A DNA stretch of 64,000 nucleotides from a bacterium (GTDB lineage: Bacteria; Sysuimicrobiota; Sysuimicrobiia; Sysuimicrobiales; Humicultoraceae), in the NCBI GenBank assembly GCA_041497675.1, contig JBGQGY010000002.1, positions 1 to 64,000 on the forward strand, given 5' to 3'. A program made the position numbers and the translations under genes. Positions 58,471 through 64,000 of the stretch are shown here, in pieces (position 1 is the first letter of the stretch; each line of letters begins with the position of its first letter). Under the pieces are notes generated by a model. The model had not been told where the DNA came from. It worked only from the letters and a program-made list of their open reading frames with translations, and ran no database searches.

Positions 58471-60393
58471 CTATGTCTGGTTGCCGGGCTTGACCTGCGT
58501 CCGACTGTCCTGTTCTGGCGGCAGCGAAAAACTGGTCCCGTCGGAGGACAACCGCCGGAGAATGGCCCGGATCCCTATATCGTCCCGGTGCGCAACGAGG
58601 TGCTCGAGCTGCTGAAGCGCCAGCCGAACGATGACTTCATCAGGTTCGCGCTCATCGACCACCTCAAAGACTCCGGGGAATGGCGACGGCCGCATGGCTT
58701 CGCTCGGGGCGGCGAGCTCTTCTTCCAGTTTTTCACCCGGTCTGATCCCCGTGTAGACTATTGGGATATCCTTGTCCGGCTCGAGCCCCGACAGCCGGAT
58801 GACTTCGGTTGCCAGGTCCGCAATCCGAACGGGCACCCCCATGTCGAGGACGTACAAGGCCTGTTGACGCTCGGACATCGACACTTGAAGGATGAGCAGG
58901 ACCGCCTCCGTGGGGCTCATGAAGTAGCGCGTCATATCCGGATGGGTCAGTGTCACCGGCCCGCCATTGCGAATCTGCTCTTGAATCAGCGGCACCAGGC
59001 TTCCTCGGCTACCGAGGACGTTCCCAAACCTCACCGTGAGGAAGCGCGTGCGCCCGCGGCGACTCAGCATATGCACGATCGTCTCGGCGACGCGCTTCGT
59101 CGCGCCCATGACGCTCGTCGGCTGTACCGCCTTGTCCGTCGACACGAGGACAAAGGTCTCGGCCCCATGCCTGACTGCGCCCTCCGCCAACAGCAACGTC
59201 CCCAAGACGTTCGTCTTTACGGCCTCGTCGACGTCCCGCTCCATCAACGGCACGTGTTTGTACGCCGCCGCATGATAGATGACCCGCGGTTTCACCGAAC
59301 CGAGGACCCAATCCATCTTGCCTGCATCTCGGACGTCCGCGATGAGCGTCTGCAACTGCACGTCTGGAACCAGTCGCCTGACGCTCTCTTCCAGTTCAAA
59401 GAGCCCGGTCTCGTTCATGTCGAGCGCGACAATCTCGCAGCGGGACAAGCGCGCCACTTGGCGGACCAGCTCGCTGCCAATCGACCCTGCTGCGCCCGTA
59501 ATAAGCACCCGGGTCCCCTGGAGTCGCTCGGCGATGGTGTCCGTCGCGATGGTGACCTGCGACCTGCCGAGGAGGTCTGTCACCTCGACCTGCCGGATGT
59601 CTCTGAGCGTTGCCGTCCCCGTCAGCAGGGCATTCACGCCTGGGAGAATGCGCATCCGCCTGATACCGGCTCGACGTACACACTCGACGATCCCCCGAAC
59701 ATCCTCGGCCGGGGCGGACGGGATCGCAATGAGCACTTCGTCCACCCTATGTTGCGTCACGATATCCCCCATCGCGGTGCGCCCGCCCAGCACGGGGAGA
59801 CCCCGGACATACGTTCCCCATCTGCCCGGATCATCATCGACGAACCCGACGGGTCGGTAGAATCGGTGTGGTGACTCTTCCATCGCCTGGACGATGCGCA
59901 TACCTGCGGCGCCGGCGCCGACGACGAGGATGCGCGTCCCCTGGGTCGCCCCACGCTCCCTGAACCCATCCAGCTGTCTCTGCAAAAGCCGCCTGCTGAT
60001 TCGGAGCAGACCCACACCAAAGAGCGTCAACAGGAAGTCCATCGCCAAAACCGACCGCGGAAATCCCCAAAACGGCCGAAGCGACCTGAGAAACACGAGG
60101 CTCGCCGCAATCGACAGGCTCGACGTACCGGCGGCTTTGATCGTATTCACCAGCTCGGGGAGACCGACTGATCGCCATGACACCTTATAGAGTCGGAAGG
60201 CCCAATGCCAAACCGCCTTAATAGGGAGAAAGAGGAGCAACAGCACCGGGAAGTAGTTCCAATAGAGCGCAGGAATGGCCCCATCGAATCGGATTAGGAA
60301 TGCCAGGACGAGCGCAGCGACCCACACGATAAGATCGCCGGCCACGAAGATCGCGACCCGACGTACACCTGGGCGTAAGCGCATGCGCCTCAA
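58471..60393 (-). CDS. Membrane-bound UDP-GlcNAc 4,6-dehydratase (CapD/WbpM/PglF family)
   Basis: 4 TM segments, TGAAGSIG, HAAAYKHVP, STDKAV, MGATK, RFGNVLGSRGS, RPGEKL. Confidence 0.93.
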   Translation of the reverse strand: MRRMRLRPGVRRVAIFVAGDLIVWVAALVLAFLIRFDGAIPALYWNYFPVLLLLFLPIKAVWHWAFRLYKVSWRSVGLPELVNTIKAAGTSSLSIAASLVFLRSLRPFWGFPRSVLAMDFLLTLFGVGLLRISRRLLQRQLDGFRERGATQGTRILVVGAGAAGMRIVQAMEESPHRFYRPVGFVDDDPGRWGTYVRGLPVLGGRTAMGDIVTQHRVDEVLIAIPSAPAEDVRGIVECVRRAGIRRMRILPGVNALLTGTATLRDIRQVEVTDLLGRSQVTIATDTIAERLQGTRVLITGAAGSIGSELVRQVARLSRCEIVALDMNETGLFELEESVRRLVPDVQLQTLIADVRDAGKMDWVLGSVKPRVIYHAAAYKHVPLMERDVDEAVKTNVLGTLLLAEGAVRHGAETFVLVSTDKAVQPTSVMGATKRVAETIVHMLSRRGRTRFLTVRFGNVLGSRGSLVPLIQEQIRNGGPVTLTHPDMTRYFMSPTEAVLLILQVSMSERQQALYVLDMGVPVRIADLATEVIRLSGLEPDKDIPIVYTGIRPGEKLEEELAAPSEAMRPSPFPGVFEVVDEREPDEVIVRLALQQLEHLVAHRDDIGIRAILRRLSSDGTSFSLPPEQDSRTQVKPGNQT

Positions 60394-60447
60394 CGGCCCT
60401 CACCTCTCTGAGTATGTGCCCGGATCCACATGTCCATGGCTGTCTTG

Positions 60448-61461
60448 CTACCTCGAGTGCGTCGAACGATAGAATCCCGAGAGCCCAAACTGCAGCCGGC
60501 TCATCGTGTGCCGAACGTTCACCGTGTGACGCAGGAGTGAGTATCGGTTGCCCACCGGCAGAGTGTTTCGACCCGGCATCGTGCTGAACGCCGTAAGAAA
60601 TCTGTGCTCTCTCAGCATCCCTGCGGCGCGCTCATCGTAGTGGCCAAACGGATAGGCGAAGACTCCCGGCGCCGATCCCAGCTCACGCTGCAGATCCACC
60701 TGTGCCTCCTCGACCTCTGCGCGAATCTCGTCTGTCGTCAACGCCGGCAGCGACGCGTGCGAGCAACCATGGGAGGCCACTGTCACACCCTCGTGCGTCA
60801 GTTGGCGCAGCTCGCTCCACGACAAGACCGGCGGCGGGCCACTAGACGTCGTGCCCAACGCCGCGCTCAGCTCGGCGATCTGACCTTCAATCACTTCAGG
60901 TCGCAGGGGGCGCAAGTGACGCACCAACCGCCGGACGAGCTGCCGGCGAGTGCCCGGGTGTCGAAGATCGACGGCTCCGATGCCCGGGATCTCCATCTTC
61001 GCGAAGGCCGCCTGTGCAATATGTTGCCAGACCTGGTCCCACCAGAAACGGCGACCGCTGCCGGGAAACCGCGTGGGCAGGAACAGGACGACCGGAACTC
61101 TCTGCGCGCTCAGGATCGGCCATGCGTCGGTCAAGAAATCCCGGTATCCATCGTCGAAGGTGACGAGCACCGCCTTCTGGGGTAGCGATCGCCCGGTCTC
61201 AAGGCTCGCCTGGAGTTCGGGCCATCCGATGGGTGCGTAGTGGCGCGCCAGGACGTTCATGTGTTCGGCGAACCCCCTCGGTGTGGCGCTGATCACGTTG
61301 GGATCGCCATGAAGAGGGTCGTCTTTGGGATCGCAAATTCGGTGATACCCTAAGATACGGAGCACGCTCGCTTGATTGTCCAAGGCCCGGACCAGCCTAA
61401 GCAATCCAAGCCGCCGCAGCACGATGTCGGCGGCTCCTTCGACGACAGCCTGCACGGGCAT
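60448..61461 (-). CDS. Polysaccharide deacetylase (CE4)
   Basis: YHRI, TFDDGY, SHGCSH, AYPFG. Confidence 0.9.
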   Translation of the reverse strand: MPVQAVVEGAADIVLRRLGLLRLVRALDNQASVLRILGYHRICDPKDDPLHGDPNVISATPRGFAEHMNVLARHYAPIGWPELQASLETGRSLPQKAVLVTFDDGYRDFLTDAWPILSAQRVPVVLFLPTRFPGSGRRFWWDQVWQHIAQAAFAKMEIPGIGAVDLRHPGTRRQLVRRLVRHLRPLRPEVIEGQIAELSAALGTTSSGPPPVLSWSELRQLTHEGVTVASHGCSHASLPALTTDEIRAEVEEAQVDLQRELGSAPGVFAYPFGHYDERAAGMLREHRFLTAFSTMPGRNTLPVGNRYSLLRHTVNVRHTMSRLQFGLSGFYRSTHSR

Positions 61462-61463
61462 GC

Positions 61464-62672
61464 TCAGTGAGCTCGCGCGTGTTGAGGAATGAGTGTTCCG
61501 TACAAACCTTCCAACGCCTTGACGCACCGACGCACATCATACTGTCGCCGGGTCCACTCCATCGCCTCCGCGCCAAGGCGGCCAGCAAGCGCTCTGTCCT
61601 TCGCGAGCCGGAGGATGGCCTCGGTCAACGCTTCTGGCGATTGACTCGGCACGAGAAGCGCTTTCGTCCCGTTGTCGGTGACCTCGCGAAGAACATCGAT
61701 ATCGCTGGCGATGCACGGCTTGCCCGAGCCCATCGCCTCCATGAGCGACACACCAAATCCTTCAAACAGCGATGGAAAAACAAAGATATCTGCAAACGCC
61801 AGCAGCGCAGGAACATCGGCTCGATCGCCGAGCAACCACACGCAGGACTGGAGGCCATGAGCGCGGATGAGGGCCTCGAGGTCCCCACGGAGCCACCCCT
61901 CCCCCGCAATGAGCAGCCTGGCCTGCGGGAACACCTGATGGACCCGCGCCATCGCCTTGATCAGGTGATGTTGCCCCTTCTGGGGGACCAGGCGAGCAAC
62001 GTTCAGCAGCACGGGATAGGTATTGGTGCAGTCGAGTGCCGCCCTCAGCGCTGCAACCGACGCTGCGGGTGGCACCGTTCCATTCTCAAACGCAAACCCC
62101 CGAGGAATCACTTGGATCTTCTTCTCTGGAATGGCCAGACGGCGCACGGCCGATCGTTTCACCGTCTCCGTGAGGGCAACGAACATCGCACCCCACCGCG
62201 ACGTCATCGTGTCCACGCCCTGCACGAGTGCGACTTTCCACCAACTCAGATGCGGATTGTCCAACTTCCACTCGGGCTCGTACGCGGTATTGACGAGCGA
62301 CGTCACGACAGGCACGCGGCACAGACGCCCCACGGTCCTGCCGACCACGCCCGGGCGATAGAGGACCGCATGAATCAGATCAGGTGCCACGTGACGGACA
62401 AGACTCCGCAGGCGCGCGACCGCCCGAATCAAATCCCAGTTACGCTCCACCCGGAGCACATGGATCGTGATACCCAGTGTTTGTAGTGACGTCGCGAGTC
62501 GGCCGGCTTCTGTCAGGACGCAGATCTCGTGGTGAAAGTACTCGCGATCAGACCGCGAGAGAAACGCCGCCAACTGCTGCTCCGCCCCGCCCGTATCGAG
62601 GTCCTCAAGGACGTGCAAGATCCGCGCCTGCCTGGCTTGTGACATCGTGATGTGTCTACTCTTTGGGGTCAC
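61464..62672 (-). CDS. GT4 family glycosyltransferase
   Basis: GGAEQQL, ARLVPQKG, EGFGVSLMEA; start may be 62646. Confidence 0.92.
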   Translation of the reverse strand: MTPKSRHITMSQARQARILHVLEDLDTGGAEQQLAAFLSRSDREYFHHEICVLTEAGRLATSLQTLGITIHVLRVERNWDLIRAVARLRSLVRHVAPDLIHAVLYRPGVVGRTVGRLCRVPVVTSLVNTAYEPEWKLDNPHLSWWKVALVQGVDTMTSRWGAMFVALTETVKRSAVRRLAIPEKKIQVIPRGFAFENGTVPPAASVAALRAALDCTNTYPVLLNVARLVPQKGQHHLIKAMARVHQVFPQARLLIAGEGWLRGDLEALIRAHGLQSCVWLLGDRADVPALLAFADIFVFPSLFEGFGVSLMEAMGSGKPCIASDIDVLREVTDNGTKALLVPSQSPEALTEAILRLAKDRALAGRLGAEAMEWTRRQYDVRRCVKALEGLYGTLIPQHARAH

Positions 62673-63396
62673 TGAGATCTAAAGGTGGTTGAGCGACAAG
62701 TCTGCGAGTGGTCCCCGACGTGCAGATGTAGACCCGTGCGGCGGCGCCGGTCTTCCTGACCTGGATGCTTGGGCCCAGCCACTCGGTTGCTTCCAGGACG
62801 TGTCTGCCAAAGCCATCGCGATTGTCCACGTGCACGACATACACTCCGAAACGGCCGACAAAACGAACACATGAGAGATCGAGTCCGGCAACGAAGCCCA
62901 GGCGAGAAAACAACGTCTTCGACGCCTTGTTGTGCCTGCTCACGCGGCAGTACACGCCCTGAAACCCTCGCCGCTTCGCTTCCTCCAGCAACGCCACGAC
63001 GACGGCCGACCCGACCAGGGACCCACGCGCCTCTGCAACGGTGTACAAATCGTACAGCACGCACTCAGCATCGCCGATGCGTACAGCGATCCCAACGTCA
63101 TCAAGCCGCCATTTGCCAAAGCCCAGCCAGCCAAACCCGACGATTCGCTCACCGGCGTTCGCCAGGATGCAGACTTCGCCGTCGGCCAAACGCTCTGCGA
63201 ATCGCTGGCCGCCCTGGACGGTCAGCAGTCGACGAGCCTCGGCGCCGGTCGGGACGTGACTCAGGCGTGTCAACGACACCGCACTTCTCGGCACGATGGT
63301 CTGAATCTGCTGGCTCAGATCTCGTCTGAACAGGGTCCCCGCCCATCGCCTGACAACCCAGCGTCGGATCAGCGCCGCCGGCGCGTGCAAGATCAT
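62656..63396 (-). CDS. GNAT family acyltransferase
   Basis: YTVAEARG, NKASKTLFSRLGF motifs. Confidence 0.7.
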   Translation of the reverse strand: MILHAPAALIRRWVVRRWAGTLFRRDLSQQIQTIVPRSAVSLTRLSHVPTGAEARRLLTVQGGQRFAERLADGEVCILANAGERIVGFGWLGFGKWRLDDVGIAVRIGDAECVLYDLYTVAEARGSLVGSAVVVALLEEAKRRGFQGVYCRVSRHNKASKTLFSRLGFVAGLDLSCVRFVGRFGVYVVHVDNRDGFGRHVLEATEWLGPSIQVRKTGAAARVYICTSGTTRRLVAQPPLDLSDPKE

Positions 63397-64000
63397 CCGT
63401 CACCATGCTCGATCGCCGGGGAATTGACAGGCTGCGTCTTCGCCGTGATGGGGTCCGCGGTCATCTGTCCGCCATCACGCTGGGCCTCGCGCAGCAGAGA
63501 TAGCAACTCGAGTACCACGTCGCGTCTGACGAACCATATCGTCGCCGCGTAGACGATGACGCCAATGGCGACCAGCGCCACAAGCGTCGGGATCCTTGGG
63601 CCAACCGTCTTGACCAGAATCTGCTCTGCGACGGCGACAACGACCACCATCACGGCGCAGCCGGTGAGGGCCGGCCACAAGGCGTCGACCAACTCCCGTA
63701 TCGATATTCCCGTCACCCGGGCGACATACCGGTAGAGAATCGGCGTCAGCAACACCGTCGCGACGAGGTACCCTGCCGCGACACCGATGATCTGCCATCG
63801 CAACCCAATCACAAACGCCGGAACATAGACAAAGAGGGAAATCGTCGTCCAGCGAAGTTGCAACCGCGAATGACCGGCTGCCTGGAGCGCGCTCGGCCCC
63901 AGGGCCAGCATCAAAGAGATGAACCCCGCAACCGCCAGGATGCTCAGGACGGGCGAGGCGGGCAGCCACCCGGCACCAAATAGGGCTTTCACCTGCAGGC
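63393..64000 (-). CDS. Second Wzx-type flippase, 3' part (truncated by the window edge)
   Basis: C-terminal TM segments colinear with 36144..37667 (YVPAFVIGLRWQIIGVAAGYLVAT). Confidence 0.85.
   Translation of the reverse strand, partial: LQVKALFGAGWLPASPVLSILAVAGFISLMLALGPSALQAAGHSRLQLRWTTISLFVYVPAFVIGLRWQIIGVAAGYLVATVLLTPILYRYVARVTGISIRELVDALWPALTGCAVMVVVVAVAEQILVKTVGPRIPTLVALVAIGVIVYAATIWFVRRDVVLELLSLLREAQRDGGQMTADPITAKTQPVNSPAIEHGDG

Noticed and set aside
1..64000. CRISPR arrays, transposases, integrases, rRNA
   Set aside because: No regularly spaced repeats or recognisable mobile-element or rRNA sequence seen

Overview
High-GC bacterial chromosomal window with almost all genes on the minus strand. 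The first 26 kb is mostly core genome: tRNA-Glu, an internally deleted M20 peptidase, an SDR, a sigma28-like/LytS/LytTR module, citrate synthase, intein-containing dnaB, rplI-yybS-rpsR-ssb-rpsF with an S6:S18 leader, ychF, a 5-GAF diguanylate cyclase, a spermidine-synthase-like membrane fusion, a PIN toxin remnant and an hspR-hsp20-dnaK-grpE-dnaJ-clpB operon. A sensor kinase with twin NarL regulators follows. From about 32 kb to the window end lies a large surface-polysaccharide locus that continues beyond the window. Two modules in it stand out. (1) A four-gene pyoluteorin-type halopyrrole set (prolyl-adenylation enzyme, carrier protein, dehydrogenase, flavin halogenase) is interleaved with a Wzx flippase and a pair of exosortase-type alpha/beta hydrolases, with no PKS/NRPS in the window, suggesting a glycan decorated with (halo)pyrrole-2-carboxylate. 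(2) A carbamoyltransferase/SxtJ/2xSGNH module includes an uncalled 59-aa membrane peptide ending in a DltX-like FIYxxF motif, suggesting an MBOAT-free carbamoyl relay. All family assignments come from motif recognition by eye; no searches were run.
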